From a virus (lineage: Duplodnaviria > Heunggongvirae > Uroviricota > Caudoviricetes): 64,000 nucleotides of DNA. The stretch lies in IMG/VR virus record IMGVR_UViG_3300029305_011445; one strand, 5' to 3'. The position numbers were made by a program, and so were the translations under genes. Shown here one piece after another: positions 29,301 to 40,384 of the stretch. The notes beneath the pieces were generated by a model. It worked only from the letters and a program-made list of their open reading frames with translations, did no database searches and was not told where the DNA came from. Every line of letters begins with the position of its first letter. Position 1 is the stretch's first letter.

Positions 29301-29462
29301 CGTACAAAAACAGTTAAAACGTACAAAAGGAAGTGCTTCGCATAGAACAAAACAAGGAGAAATGTACAAAAAGAAATATATTTAAAATATTCTTATTGCA
29401 TATAACTGAAATATCGCTTATAATTTTCACTGTTAAAAAACTTTTGCGGGGAGAAAAAAGAA

Positions 29463-30332
29463 ATGATTATTACAACAAATACATCAAAGGGTGGCGAAAC
29501 AAAAACAAGCAGTACTGTCACGTTCGGTTCAATATTAGCTGTTGCCGGATATAAAGTGTTACTTGTTGATTCTGATCCGCAGCAAAATTTAACATATTTA
29601 TGTGCGACAGAAGATACAAATGTGAACCCTCCAATTGTTATTTATGATTTACTATTGCGAAGTTCAGTTGATGATAGTGAGCTAAAAGATGCAATTGTGA
29701 CAACAAAAATAAAAAACATGGATATGATTCCAGCAAATGATAGTTTGTATTTAGCACCATATCATTTATACGACAAAGTAGTTCACGAAGGCGAGACACA
29801 AAGTATATTAAATTTACGAAACAACTTAATGCGCATTCAAGAAATATTCGAATATGATTACATACTTATTGACACTCCACCTACGAAATCATATGCAGTT
29901 AATGCAACACTTGCTGCAGCAGATTATGTTGTTACCGGTATTTCACCGGATAATTTATCGTGGCAGGGTTTATCTGCGATGATACAAGCAGTTGATGACA
30001 ATAATGTTACTTATGCAAGAGATACGCAAGTTGCAGGTGTATTTTTAACAAGAGTCAACCCTCGTACAAATCGATACCGAGAAATGAGTGCTGGTTACAA
30101 ACAACTCTTAGGAGATATTTTCTTAAATAGTTTTGTTCGTACAAATGAAGAAATGGGTAAAGCGAACTCTTATATGGTTCCTATTGTATTGTTTAATAAA
30201 CGATGCGAAGTGATCGAGGACTATATTAATGTAATGATTGAATTAGGATTGCTTGACACAAATGATTGGCATTATCTCGAATTGCGGAAGTATTTAAGAA
30301 GCAACAATAGGCAGAAAGAAAGCGAGGATTAA
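29463..30332 (+). CDS. parA: ParA/MinD-family partition ATPase
   Basis: deviant Walker A-like SKGGETKTSS near N-terminus, LLVDSDPQ, ParA-like size (289 aa), immediately followed by parB. Confidence 0.75.
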   Translation: MIITTNTSKGGETKTSSTVTFGSILAVAGYKVLLVDSDPQQNLTYLCATEDTNVNPPIVIYDLLLRSSVDDSELKDAIVTTKIKNMDMIPANDSLYLAPYHLYDKVVHEGETQSILNLRNNLMRIQEIFEYDYILIDTPPTKSYAVNATLAAADYVVTGISPDNLSWQGLSAMIQAVDDNNVTYARDTQVAGVFLTRVNPRTNRYREMSAGYKQLLGDIFLNSFVRTNEEMGKANSYMVPIVLFNKRCEVIEDYINVMIELGLLDTNDWHYLELRKYLRSNNRQKESED

Positions 30333-30335
30333 TAT

Positions 30336-31433
30336 ATGGCAGCAAACAGACAACCTATGATGCCGGGAATGACAAGTATCGGACAAATTGGAACAAGAGG
30401 TACCGGGTTAGGACAAATTCAGGCACAGAAAGCATCTGGTATCAATTATATTCCATACGATAATATTATCCCAAATAAGAAAAATAAACGATATGACCAA
30501 ATTGACATTGAATCGTTAAGTTATTCTATTGAAGATAGAGATTTGCTTCATAATTTAGTTGTTACGCCTTCCGAAACAAGTGGTATGTATGATTTAATAA
30601 GTGGTGAGCGAAGATGGCGCGCAATTGGACTGCTTAGAGATAGAAATCCAAAACGTTTTGAAGAATTATTTCCAGGTGGACTCATCCCATGTAAAGTTCA
30701 AGTACTCGATAATGTGGATGATGAAATTTCTTTGATAGTTGCAAACACTGAAGTTCGAAATATTAGTGTTAAAGATAAATTAAATGATGTAAGGCGGTTG
30801 GCAGAATTATACGCAATCAAATATGAAAATGAACCAAAGACAAATGTTTCTGAAATGATTGCAAAGCAATTAGCAATGTCAGAACGTCAGATTCGTAAAT
30901 ATATGAGTCTTGACAAACTAGTTCCAGAATTAATGCAAGCATTTGATGATGATATTTTAAATATCGAAGCAGCAAGTAAAATTGCTCTTCTAGGAGAGAC
31001 AGAACAATTGTATCTTGTTGATATATTAAACGAAACAGAAAAAATTACTGAAGATGATATTGTTGCTGCAAAGGCGTTACAGGTTCAAAAAGAGACTGCG
31101 TTAAAAGAAATCGATACAAAGCAGGAAGAAATTGCAGCATTAGAAGAAATGAAATCCATCGCAAAAACTACAGATGAAACTGAGTTCATTAATACTAGAA
31201 TTGAAGAACGTTTAAAAGCAATTGATGATACGAAGCAAAAATTATCTGATAGACAAATGCGAAAGCTTCGAAAAGTTGCGAAGGCTGGTAAAATTGTAGA
31301 TCAAACAACAGAAGCGATTGATAAACTCCAAAATATGATTGAACCAATCAAATCTGATACGACAATTATTCTTCGTCTTGAGATGCTACAAATGAAATTG
31401 AACCGATTGATTGAACAAGTAAAAAAAGAATAA
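30336..31433 (+). CDS. parB: ParB-family partition protein
   Basis: ParB/Srx N-domain GERRWRAIGLL; coiled-coil C-terminus; 3 nt after parA. Confidence 0.8.
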   Translation: MAANRQPMMPGMTSIGQIGTRGTGLGQIQAQKASGINYIPYDNIIPNKKNKRYDQIDIESLSYSIEDRDLLHNLVVTPSETSGMYDLISGERRWRAIGLLRDRNPKRFEELFPGGLIPCKVQVLDNVDDEISLIVANTEVRNISVKDKLNDVRRLAELYAIKYENEPKTNVSEMIAKQLAMSERQIRKYMSLDKLVPELMQAFDDDILNIEAASKIALLGETEQLYLVDILNETEKITEDDIVAAKALQVQKETALKEIDTKQEEIAALEEMKSIAKTTDETEFINTRIEERLKAIDDTKQKLSDRQMRKLRKVAKAGKIVDQTTEAIDKLQNMIEPIKSDTTIILRLEMLQMKLNRLIEQVKKE

Positions 31434-31449
31434 TACAAATAAAGAAAAT

Positions 31450-31469
31450 GGAGCAGGATATCCTGCTCC
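31450..31469. terminator. bidirectional terminator between parB and SPFH gene
   Basis: GGAGCAGGATATCCTGCTCC perfect hairpin between convergent genes. Confidence 0.7.
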
Positions 31470-31475
31470 ATTCTT

Positions 31476-32510
31476 TTAACGGTTCTTAAATTTCTGTTCC
31501 AATCTTTCTTTTGCTTCATTAACTGTCTGAGAAATATTAGAAAGATTTTTTGTAACATTACTGCGCTCCGGTTCGTCACAACACTCATCACTATGAGTTT
31601 CGTCCACTTTCGATTTCGGAGTTGTGTCAATATCTTTTGTGATATTCAACACTTCACCAATGTATGAAAGGTTTGATGCGCTTTCTGTCAAATTTGTAGG
31701 AATAATAAGTTTTGTAGCGCGACCATCTCCCAATGCTTTTAATGCATCAAGCTGTCTCAATTGCATTACAGCCTGGTTTACAGGAACTGAAGTTAATTTA
31801 CTCAAGCCTTCTGCTTCGGCTTCGTATTTGAGACGAATACTCTCTGCCTCACCAGTTGCTCTTGCGATAGCGGCGTCACGTTCTGCTTCTGCCTTGAGAA
31901 TCATTGCTTGCTTATCGCCTTCTGCACGCATTATAGATGCCTGTTTATGAGCTTCTGCTTCAAGCAATGTCTGTCGTTTTTCACGTTCTGCACGCATCTG
32001 TTTTTCCATGGATTCTTGAATATCTTTTGGTGGAATAATATTTTTCAATTCTACACGATTAACTTTGATACCCCATTTATCTGTTGCTTCGTCCAAGATT
32101 TGACGCATTTTTACATTAATAACGTCTCTGGATGTTAAAGTTTCGTCTAATTCTAATTCGCCGATAAGGTTTCGTAATGTAGTGGCAGTAAGTGTTGCTA
32201 ATGCTTCGATCGGATTATTAACACCGTATGTGTAAAGCTTTGGATCAAAAACATTGTAATATACAACAGTATCAATCTGCATTGTAACATTGTCTTTTGT
32301 GATTACCGGCTGTGGCGGGAAATCGCCTAACTGTTCTTTTAACGAGACACGCTTAGCTACTCGATTAAGAACAGGGATCATAAAATGTAAACCATTGTTC
32401 CAGGTTGCTTGATATGATCCTAAAAATTCAATTACATAAGCATTTGCTTGCGGTACAATTTTAATGCAACTACATACAAGCAAAATCAAAAGAATAACAA
32501 CATAACCCAT
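31476..32510 (-). CDS. SPFH/band-7 (stomatin/HflC-like) membrane protein
   Basis: N-terminal TM, SPFH core, EAEA-rich coiled coil; variant promoter motif 32578-32592. Confidence 0.8.
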   Translation of the reverse strand: MGYVVILLILLVCSCIKIVPQANAYVIEFLGSYQATWNNGLHFMIPVLNRVAKRVSLKEQLGDFPPQPVITKDNVTMQIDTVVYYNVFDPKLYTYGVNNPIEALATLTATTLRNLIGELELDETLTSRDVINVKMRQILDEATDKWGIKVNRVELKNIIPPKDIQESMEKQMRAEREKRQTLLEAEAHKQASIMRAEGDKQAMILKAEAERDAAIARATGEAESIRLKYEAEAEGLSKLTSVPVNQAVMQLRQLDALKALGDGRATKLIIPTNLTESASNLSYIGEVLNITKDIDTTPKSKVDETHSDECCDEPERSNVTKNLSNISQTVNEAKERLEQKFKNR

Positions 32511-32655
32511 TTGGTTACCTCCTTATTTTGTAATAAATTTTATAATGTCAAACTTTAACAAAACGAAGTTTGATCTCGTATTAAATATGGATTTGATATT
32601 AACAAAGTAAAATCATTTACATATTGAATCAGCAGATTTATCAAGTGTGATGCAT

Positions 32656-32667
32656 ACCATATTTATT
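32656..32667 (+). promoter_or_regulatory. consensus promoter motif
   Basis: exact copy upstream of 32705..33817; divergent from the SPFH gene's variant motif. Confidence 0.6.
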
Positions 32668-32704
32668 TTTGTAATTAAAATTGAATACAAAAGGAGAATA
32701 AAAC

Positions 32705-33817
32705 ATGGATCAGAAAGTTAACAAATGCGTTGGTAAAGGAAATGGTGAAAATCATAGCAATTGGGAACGAAAATTTAAATCATTACCATTGATTGTAGAT
32801 TATGAAGAATTCGTTAAATTCGGTCGCAAAATCGCAAATGATGATATGAACTCATGGGATCTACGTGCTGTTTGTGTTGCAATGCTTACGGCGCAAATAG
32901 ATAACCGTGAAGATGTGATAGAGAAATGCCTGGATCGTTTAATGACCGATTCACAAACGCGTAGCGCAATTACAAATTGTATAAACCGTAATTACACGCG
33001 TTATGGAATTGATGAATTACGTAAAATATACGATTCGATTTCTTATGACGATGTGCATTGTGCTATTGAAGCTGCAACTAGAAACATTTGGAAATATCAA
33101 ATGAAGCCAGAACCGTTATTACGTTGGTGTGATGGAACAATTCCATATCAACAGGGTAGATTTGTAAATACGTTTTTAAGTTGTAGACTTAAAGACGCGT
33201 ACAAACAATATACTCTAAGTATTGCGAAAGAGTTTTATCCAACATTATCTTACGGCTCGTTAAAACTTTATATCAAAATTAGAAAAGAGTCAAAGTACAT
33301 GATAACATTATCAACAGAGACAACGTCTTCTTTAGATACGTTTTGTTTAAATCATGACATCAAGGCAACTTGGGGACAAATAGTAGCTATGCAAAAGAGT
33401 TTTGGTTACGAAACGGAAGAAGATAAAGTTGCGATTGCTCGCCATGAACAAGCCGTTTGGAATGCGACGCATAGGAGTGAAATATTGTTTTGGAAACAAA
33501 CAGATGCAAATAATATTACGGAAGACGAACTTGAAGATACATTGTTATTGATCCGTGATAAAATGCAGTATGACGATGCAGAAATTGCATGTCTTAGAAA
33601 CTGGGTTAATACAGCTCGGTATGAAGGTCGTGCGATATCGAGTTTTGCATGTATGCCGGTTACATTTGATAAAAGGTATCGAATCCGAAAATCGGATAGT
33701 GACATCGTTATTAGTAAACGTGTTCGAAAAGATATTATTAATGTATTAGGTTCAGATTTAAACAGAGTGACCAAAACGTTATCTAAAAATCTCGGTGGAA
33801 AAATCATTATACCGTAA
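32705..33817 (+). CDS. hypothetical protein
   Basis: 370 aa; exact promoter motif 32656-32667; AAGGAG RBS. Confidence 0.55.
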   Translation: MDQKVNKCVGKGNGENHSNWERKFKSLPLIVDYEEFVKFGRKIANDDMNSWDLRAVCVAMLTAQIDNREDVIEKCLDRLMTDSQTRSAITNCINRNYTRYGIDELRKIYDSISYDDVHCAIEAATRNIWKYQMKPEPLLRWCDGTIPYQQGRFVNTFLSCRLKDAYKQYTLSIAKEFYPTLSYGSLKLYIKIRKESKYMITLSTETTSSLDTFCLNHDIKATWGQIVAMQKSFGYETEEDKVAIARHEQAVWNATHRSEILFWKQTDANNITEDELEDTLLLIRDKMQYDDAEIACLRNWVNTARYEGRAISSFACMPVTFDKRYRIRKSDSDIVISKRVRKDIINVLGSDLNRVTKTLSKNLGGKIIIP

Positions 33818-33854
33818 ACAAAAAACGGACCAGAATAACTCTGATCCGTTTTTT

Positions 33855-34286
33855 TTATGCTTCGTAAAATTCATATTCGCGATATAATTCTGGTCTGGAA
33901 TCATATTCTCTATGGTTCTCAGTTGTTGCGACCAAGGTGTCAATGATTGCAAGAAATTCGTCTTTAGATTCAATATCCATTGTGTCATTATTGACTGTTT
34001 CGAAATTACCCGGGTCGTCAGCGACAGGAATGTAACGATATGATTTGATTTTCCCGTCTACAATGGATAATGAGATAGGAGAAACAAGTAATGTAAATGT
34101 TTTTACCCCATTACTCATTCGGTCCCATATACATAAATATTTCTTTGCATGATCAATAACATCCTCATCGAAATTATGATTGATAATATCTGTTGCTGCA
34201 TCAAATAATAAGTCAACAACCTTTTTATATGATTCACGAAGACGTTCTGTTTCTGTTTCTAAAATCGTATACTTCATTTTACCCAT
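33855..34286 (-). CDS. hypothetical protein
   Basis: 143 aa; no consensus motif upstream. Confidence 0.45.
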   Translation of the reverse strand: MGKMKYTILETETERLRESYKKVVDLLFDAATDIINHNFDEDVIDHAKKYLCIWDRMSNGVKTFTLLVSPISLSIVDGKIKSYRYIPVADDPGNFETVNNDTMDIESKDEFLAIIDTLVATTENHREYDSRPELYREYEFYEA

Positions 34287-34383
34287 ACAGTCTATCCTTT
34301 CTTTACATCAATAATCATTTTATCTTTTATTAGGACCAAAATTATCGGAAGCGAAGATTATGGTGCAAATATAAAATAATTAT

Positions 34384-36462
34384 TTAATGTTCTGGATCGA
34401 AGCTTTCTGATATAGGAACATCTGGCTCCAAAGGATTCTTTTCTTGCGATTTTAAAAAGTCATCATATGCATCTTTAGCACAGATGTACATGTATCTTTC
34501 CTCATCCGGTAGCGATTCATAATAATCATTTGCTAAAAGATGATATTCTTCATTCCCTAGTAACTCTATAAACTTCGGAGAAATTTTATATTGTTCTAAT
34601 TTATCAATGGAGTCTTGTACATTTCTTGTTTCCAGGTTTTTCTTTACAAGAATTAATCGTTCTCTGGATGTTAAATCTGGATATTCTTCTTTTATCTTTT
34701 CTGTTTCGTATCTAAAAAGTTCATTCTCTAAATGTTTGTTGCCGTACTCACTCAACTCTTTTGCAAACTTATGATTCACGATCAATTCGTTACCAAAAGT
34801 TTTATAGTAAAATTCACGATATAAGCTTTCAACGTGTTTATATTCTTTTTCAGTTACCAATCCTTCACATTCCTGAATAAATTCTTCAAGCGTAAATACG
34901 GCTGATCCCGTATTTGTTGGATACGGTTCATCTTTTCTGTTTGTAGGTAAGTTGTCTATAAACTTTACACCGTATAAGGAACCACCAATATGGTTTGCAT
35001 CTTTTACAGCAACAGAATCTTCAAGTAGCAGTTCTGGATGTTTATCAAAAAATTTACGTGCATCTCCAGTTGCTGCTTCGATAATGATTCCGCGACCATA
35101 AAGAACATCTAATTCATGAAAGATAGAGCGTTTCATTTGACTATAATCCCAAGAACCATCACGATTTTGTTTTAAACGATAATCGCAGCTACAAGAACTG
35201 TCTGCAACATAAAACGACATTCCTGCATCGATTAAATCTTCACCAATAGTTGAAAGCTTTGAGGCAAAATCAAGCGGATTCTTCGCTGAAACAATAATAC
35301 AATGTCCGGATGGGGATTTTTCAAAGCTTTGTGATTTGTGCATGTAGCCACCGATGGTGTATTGTTCTGATTCCGGAAGTGGAACCTCGTTAAATACAAT
35401 ATTTCCATTTTCTAATCTGCTCCGACGTTCACTTGTAATATGTTTAATTGAAGATGCTTGGATTCCCTGCATATATTTATGGCAAAATGCTTCATATCGA
35501 ACGCGTGCAATATCGCGCTCCGTAATAATTATTTCATCAGGTTGAACCCAAACAATAAATGACTTTGGTTGCATTAAATGAATCCCAGCTTTATAAAAAT
35601 CGTTACGGAATTTCACGAGATTGCGAAGTTGTTTTTCATTCCAACATTCATTGTGGTTAACAATATTTGTGCCTGATTTCTGAAACTCTAAAGGTACAAT
35701 ATTATTATCCTGAAGAATTGATAATTCGCCAATAAAAAGTGCATAGACGTAATTCATTACTTTCTTTTCATCTTCAGGCGTTAGTAATTTATGTAACGCT
35801 GGTTTAATAATTTCATCACAGGTTCTTTGATATCTGTCGTACGAAAAATTTAATTCTCCAAACGGTGCAAAACATGCAATCAACGCTGCAATTTTTTCAT
35901 ATGGATTGGACCGACTATTAATAAAATCAATACGTTCTTGCCAACCTTTCATTTCTTTGTCACTAATCTGGTTTCTCATCCAAGGAAATGTAAGAGCAAT
36001 TCGTTCTAAATAATCTGGATGAAATGGCCAATATGTAAGAGAGAAACATTCAAGGAGATCTTTAATCTTAAAAGGTTTATAACCAGCTAGATTATCAATA
36101 AAGGCTTCGTTTCGGAAATTCATAGTCATCATGTCATCTTTAGGAGAACGACAATAATCTTCAGAAAACTCAAGGCGAGCGTAAGATAATGGATGCATCC
36201 AATATTTTTCACCTTTGTAATAATTTGTTAGATGTTCTGTTTTCGCAAAATTAAAGAAGTCCTTATACATCTGATCCACTTGTTTGAAACGATGCCGGTC
36301 ATCTTCTGGAATAAATAATTCACCAGCTGGTCGCATATCTCTGCGTAATAATTTATATGCGCCATATTCTGTGAGCTCAAGGCTTGTCTCTTTTTTCTTT
36401 TCGCTTGCTTCATCTGGTTTTGTACCGAGTGCGTTTTTTATTGATTGAAATATTCCAGCCAT
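34384..36462 (-). CDS. large hypothetical protein (692 aa)
   Basis: long ORF; upstream has only a terminator hairpin, no consensus motif. Confidence 0.6.
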   Translation of the reverse strand: MAGIFQSIKNALGTKPDEASEKKKETSLELTEYGAYKLLRRDMRPAGELFIPEDDRHRFKQVDQMYKDFFNFAKTEHLTNYYKGEKYWMHPLSYARLEFSEDYCRSPKDDMMTMNFRNEAFIDNLAGYKPFKIKDLLECFSLTYWPFHPDYLERIALTFPWMRNQISDKEMKGWQERIDFINSRSNPYEKIAALIACFAPFGELNFSYDRYQRTCDEIIKPALHKLLTPEDEKKVMNYVYALFIGELSILQDNNIVPLEFQKSGTNIVNHNECWNEKQLRNLVKFRNDFYKAGIHLMQPKSFIVWVQPDEIIITERDIARVRYEAFCHKYMQGIQASSIKHITSERRSRLENGNIVFNEVPLPESEQYTIGGYMHKSQSFEKSPSGHCIIVSAKNPLDFASKLSTIGEDLIDAGMSFYVADSSCSCDYRLKQNRDGSWDYSQMKRSIFHELDVLYGRGIIIEAATGDARKFFDKHPELLLEDSVAVKDANHIGGSLYGVKFIDNLPTNRKDEPYPTNTGSAVFTLEEFIQECEGLVTEKEYKHVESLYREFYYKTFGNELIVNHKFAKELSEYGNKHLENELFRYETEKIKEEYPDLTSRERLILVKKNLETRNVQDSIDKLEQYKISPKFIELLGNEEYHLLANDYYESLPDEERYMYICAKDAYDDFLKSQEKNPLEPDVPISESFDPEH

Positions 36463-36577
36463 AACATCTCCTTTATGCTTGTAAAATATTATACGTTAAA
36501 AGAATATCACAGGTTTTTGTTTTTTACAAGAAACGGAGCAGAGTGTTATTAACTCTGCTCGTCTCTATATTCTTAGA

Positions 36578-38455
36578 TTAAACAAGATCCGAATCACTAA
36601 AATCAAAGCCACGATCATTTTCAATAAAATCATCCATTGCATCTTCAATTGATTCAATCGTAATATCAGTTATTTCAGAAATTCCTCGTGCGGCTTCAAA
36701 TTCTTCCTCAAATTGTCTATCGTGTTCTTCTTCTAGCTCGGCGCCAGCTTCTGTTCTGGCGATGATTGGATCCGCGCCTTCTGGAACAATTGATGTACGT
36801 GGAGCGTCAAATACATCACGATCTTCAACTTTTGTTTTATTAATTTCAATATCATTTTTCTTTTGTTGAACCGCAACCTGAATAGCAGCAATATCGATAC
36901 GGGTATCTTTGATTGCATTTGGAACAATATTGAACATTGTTGGTTCTGCAAGTTTGTAATAAGTTTCTGCCTTACTTTGTTCATTTTGGATATTTTTCAT
37001 CCATATTTCAGTCTCATCTTTTTCTTTTAAGTCAAAAGTACGCTGAATTACATCTACTGTTCCAGGAATTCTTATTTCGCAAGAACGGTTTGATGTTTTC
37101 TCCGGATCGATATCATCAATATCCGGTTCGTCAATACGAACCATATCATTGCGCTCTAACTCAAAAGCTTCTTCCATGGCACCAACACATTCGTTAAAAT
37201 ACTGTTCCCTTAATGCGAATGATTTAAAATCTTGATATTCCACAGCTTCAACAAAAGTTTTAATATTTGCATATTTTGCAATAAGCATTTCGTCGTTTTT
37301 ATCAAGGTTAAGATATCCACTTTCTTCTTCACGAGCTTTATCTAATAATTCCTTGTAATCTTCCGACTCTAATTCTAAAATACCACATTCTTTTTCGATA
37401 GCGATTTCTGTTAATTTTCTGTATAAATCATAGCGCATTCCCATACAGCTATATTCGCGTCCGGAGATGGCCTTGTAATCACCAAGATTTTCCATCAGTT
37501 TTACAAATTCATCATACTGAGCCGCATCTTTAAGGTTATATGATTTAACAGCCATTTTATCAAGAATAGGTTCGCCCTTTTCGTCTAATTCGAAATAACG
37601 ATGATTGACAATAGAATTTCCGGTAAAAATAATTGCGTTTTTAAAGTTCTCAGACTGCGTTGTTGTTCCAACATTGTAAATTGCCAGTTGTTCGTAGCGT
37701 TCTCCATTTGATGCTTTGTAAATTGCCTGCTGCAACATTTCACGGGATTCGCTTCGTTCGTTAAAATAATCCGCAACCGAAGGATGACTTCGGAACAAAA
37801 TATAACGCTCCTTTAGTTTATCGAATTCACTTTTTTCAGAAAGATCTGTGCTAATCGCAAGTTCTGCTGGGATTGCAACACTAAACATGTTTGTTTCTTC
37901 GCTTAATGTCATGATACTCTTAATTTGCATTTCGTTGGCAATATCCTGATAAACCTTTGCATCAGTAAAGCTTTGGAATCGCATTTCAATCATATTGCAA
38001 TTTTTAAACTCTTTATTCGCTTCATCAATAGTTGGTGGTTGAGCTTCTTTGTATCTTTCGATAGTATCAGAAATAATTTCTTGAATTTTGTCACGATCAC
38101 CTTTTACAAGAATGACTTTTTCTCCATTTTCATCTAAAACAAATTCGCCGAACGCATCCTTCTGATATACGTTGTCCTTAAACTGAATTGTTGTAAGGTT
38201 TCTTTCACCGAAATTTTCAGCATTACCAAATTGAAATACGATGTTTTCTTCGTTTAATCTTGCAGCAATTTTACTTATTGCGTCTGTTGGAACATCTATT
38301 TGACCAATAGAACCACCTTTGTTGAAATACTCACCCAGTGGGCTATTTAATCCACCAAGTTTTAAAATAACAGCATTCGCAATACTAACAAATAATTGTG
38401 TGCCGGTTGTTACTGCATGTACGCCAAAATTTAATCCGAGTTGTTCACCTGCCAT
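36578..38455 (-). CDS. large hypothetical protein (625 aa), acidic C-terminus
   Basis: long ORF with promoter motif 38510-38521. Confidence 0.6.
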   Translation of the reverse strand: MAGEQLGLNFGVHAVTTGTQLFVSIANAVILKLGGLNSPLGEYFNKGGSIGQIDVPTDAISKIAARLNEENIVFQFGNAENFGERNLTTIQFKDNVYQKDAFGEFVLDENGEKVILVKGDRDKIQEIISDTIERYKEAQPPTIDEANKEFKNCNMIEMRFQSFTDAKVYQDIANEMQIKSIMTLSEETNMFSVAIPAELAISTDLSEKSEFDKLKERYILFRSHPSVADYFNERSESREMLQQAIYKASNGERYEQLAIYNVGTTTQSENFKNAIIFTGNSIVNHRYFELDEKGEPILDKMAVKSYNLKDAAQYDEFVKLMENLGDYKAISGREYSCMGMRYDLYRKLTEIAIEKECGILELESEDYKELLDKAREEESGYLNLDKNDEMLIAKYANIKTFVEAVEYQDFKSFALREQYFNECVGAMEEAFELERNDMVRIDEPDIDDIDPEKTSNRSCEIRIPGTVDVIQRTFDLKEKDETEIWMKNIQNEQSKAETYYKLAEPTMFNIVPNAIKDTRIDIAAIQVAVQQKKNDIEINKTKVEDRDVFDAPRTSIVPEGADPIIARTEAGAELEEEHDRQFEEEFEAARGISEITDITIESIEDAMDDFIENDRGFDFSDSDLV

Positions 38456-38509
38456 AAATTTTCCCTCGCTTTCGTTTTCGTTTATATTTTTAATTCTTTA
38501 TATCCTGAA

Positions 38510-38521
38510 AATAAATATGGC
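38510..38521 (-). promoter_or_regulatory. consensus promoter motif
   Basis: GCCATATTTATT upstream of 36578..38455; TTGTAA 8 nt further upstream. Confidence 0.55.
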
Positions 38522-38663
38522 ATGCGGATTTACAAAATAAATCCGCATACTATCACCCTCAACAAGTTGAGCGATATGGCATACAAGATTACAAAACAAA
38601 TTTCACATATAGTTAAAACAAAAACAAAAAGAACCCACCGTCCGGTGAGTTCTTTGTTTCATG

Positions 38664-40319
38664 TTATACATTTTCGGCTCCTGCTGGTCGAATATCAATA
38701 ACCTGAATCTGAATCTGTGTATTACCGTTATAAACGTTTAATGAAATCTTGCCTAAAACATCTACTGTATCAGGAGTTCCCATTTCACGATAACTTTCAG
38801 CACCGCCAAACCAAACAAGTGGTGCATCGTTATTCATAAGTTTAATATGCTCTTTGGTTTCACCCATTGTAAACACATTTGTTACTGGCACATGATTGAA
38901 TCGAACCAATAACTCTGGATTACCTTGACCATATGGCTGATAACGGTTAATCTCTTTTGTCAAAGCTTTGATATCTGACAAAGTTCCATCGATATCGTAT
39001 TCAATCGAATCAATAACTTCCGGAACAGGAGCAGTAGCGTTAACTGCTGCAATAAATTCATCCAGTTTATCGCGCCGGAGTGTAATACCACAAGCACCAG
39101 CATGTCCACCGTAAGTGTCGATAAGATCAGCATGCTGATTTAAGATTTCAAGGATGTTTGTGCTTAAAACAGAACGTCCGGAACCTTTAACCAATTCATC
39201 CGAGCCGGTTTTTGGAGCAAGTACAATACTTGGTCGATTGTACTTTTCTGTTAATTTACCGGATACAAGCCCGGCGATGCCAGAAGTACAATATTCATCA
39301 AGAATAACCAGAAAATGATCGTTTTCGTGACCAATCATAAGATGAGATGCTCGCTCAACAGCTTCTTTTTCTTGCTGCTTACGTTCTTTATTCCGTTCAA
39401 TTGCAAGTTTACACTGCTCAATAAGCTCCGGAGATTCTTCTGTTGCGGATAAAAGATTCATGATAAATCTAGGCCCGTCATCGTAAAGTCGACCGGATGC
39501 ATTAATGATTGGCGCAAGACCAAATGCGATACCGATAGAAGAGATGTATTCCATTTTCATTTCAGACATCAATGTCTTTAATCCAACAGTACCAAATCCT
39601 TTTTCCATCGCATCGATACCTTCTTTAACGATAAGTCTATTATCGCCTGTCAAAGATACTACATCGCCAATTGTGCCAATAGCTGCGAAACATGCCATCT
39701 TTTTACGAAGAATCCATTTGTATTTTGGACTCATCCATGGGCATTTATCTAACAACATATTTGCAAATCGAAATGTAATACCAGCTCCGCACAAATCATC
39801 AAAATCACCACCGGTTACATGTGGATCCACAATAACATTTGCATCAGGTAAAATCCATTCACCAGTAATTTCGTCTTTCGGCGGAGTGTGATGATCTAAA
39901 ATAATCACATCCATTCCGAGTTCACGAGCTCTTGCAACAGGCTCGACTGCAGCGATACCATTGTCCTGCAAAACCAAAAGTTTCACACCTTTTCCATGAT
40001 ACCATTCGATGTGATTAGTTTTTACTCCGAACCCATCAGTAAATCGTTTCGGTGGATAAATGATACAGTTGTTAATGTGTAATGCTGGAATAAAAATTTT
40101 ATCTTGGCCTAACGAATTAACTCCATCGCAGTCATAATCACCATGCATTGCAATTATGTTACCGTTTTTTGCGTGGTACAGGAAAAGATCTGTTGCTTCA
40201 TCCAATCCTGGATACTGGTATTTGTGTTCATCGAAACGTAATGTTGCGGCATCAATACCAGTATTAAATTGTACGATACGCCCAATATCTGTTTCGTTTG
40301 TTTTCTTGATCCATTTCAT
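38664..40319 (-). CDS. DHH/DHHA1-family phosphoesterase (RecJ-like exonuclease or NrnA-like)
   Basis: HGDYDCDGVNS (DxD), ILDHHTP (DHH), YGGHAGACG (GGGH of DHHA1). Confidence 0.75.
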   Translation of the reverse strand: MKWIKKTNETDIGRIVQFNTGIDAATLRFDEHKYQYPGLDEATDLFLYHAKNGNIIAMHGDYDCDGVNSLGQDKIFIPALHINNCIIYPPKRFTDGFGVKTNHIEWYHGKGVKLLVLQDNGIAAVEPVARARELGMDVIILDHHTPPKDEITGEWILPDANVIVDPHVTGGDFDDLCGAGITFRFANMLLDKCPWMSPKYKWILRKKMACFAAIGTIGDVVSLTGDNRLIVKEGIDAMEKGFGTVGLKTLMSEMKMEYISSIGIAFGLAPIINASGRLYDDGPRFIMNLLSATEESPELIEQCKLAIERNKERKQQEKEAVERASHLMIGHENDHFLVILDEYCTSGIAGLVSGKLTEKYNRPSIVLAPKTGSDELVKGSGRSVLSTNILEILNQHADLIDTYGGHAGACGITLRRDKLDEFIAAVNATAPVPEVIDSIEYDIDGTLSDIKALTKEINRYQPYGQGNPELLVRFNHVPVTNVFTMGETKEHIKLMNNDAPLVWFGGAESYREMGTPDTVDVLGKISLNVYNGNTQIQIQVIDIRPAGAENV

Positions 40320-40371
40320 AATTTCACTCTCCCTTCTTTGTTCTCGTTTGTGATAGGATCACTGTTACGAA

Positions 40372-40383
40372 AATAAATATGGT
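40372..40383 (-). promoter_or_regulatory. consensus promoter motif
   Basis: exact copy upstream of DHH gene. Confidence 0.6.
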
Positions 40384-40384
40384 A

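Noticed and set aside
29333-29554. 73-aa ORF overlapping the parA start
   Set aside because: Lies in the palindrome and GTACAAAA regulatory region and overlaps the well-supported parA start; no RBS.
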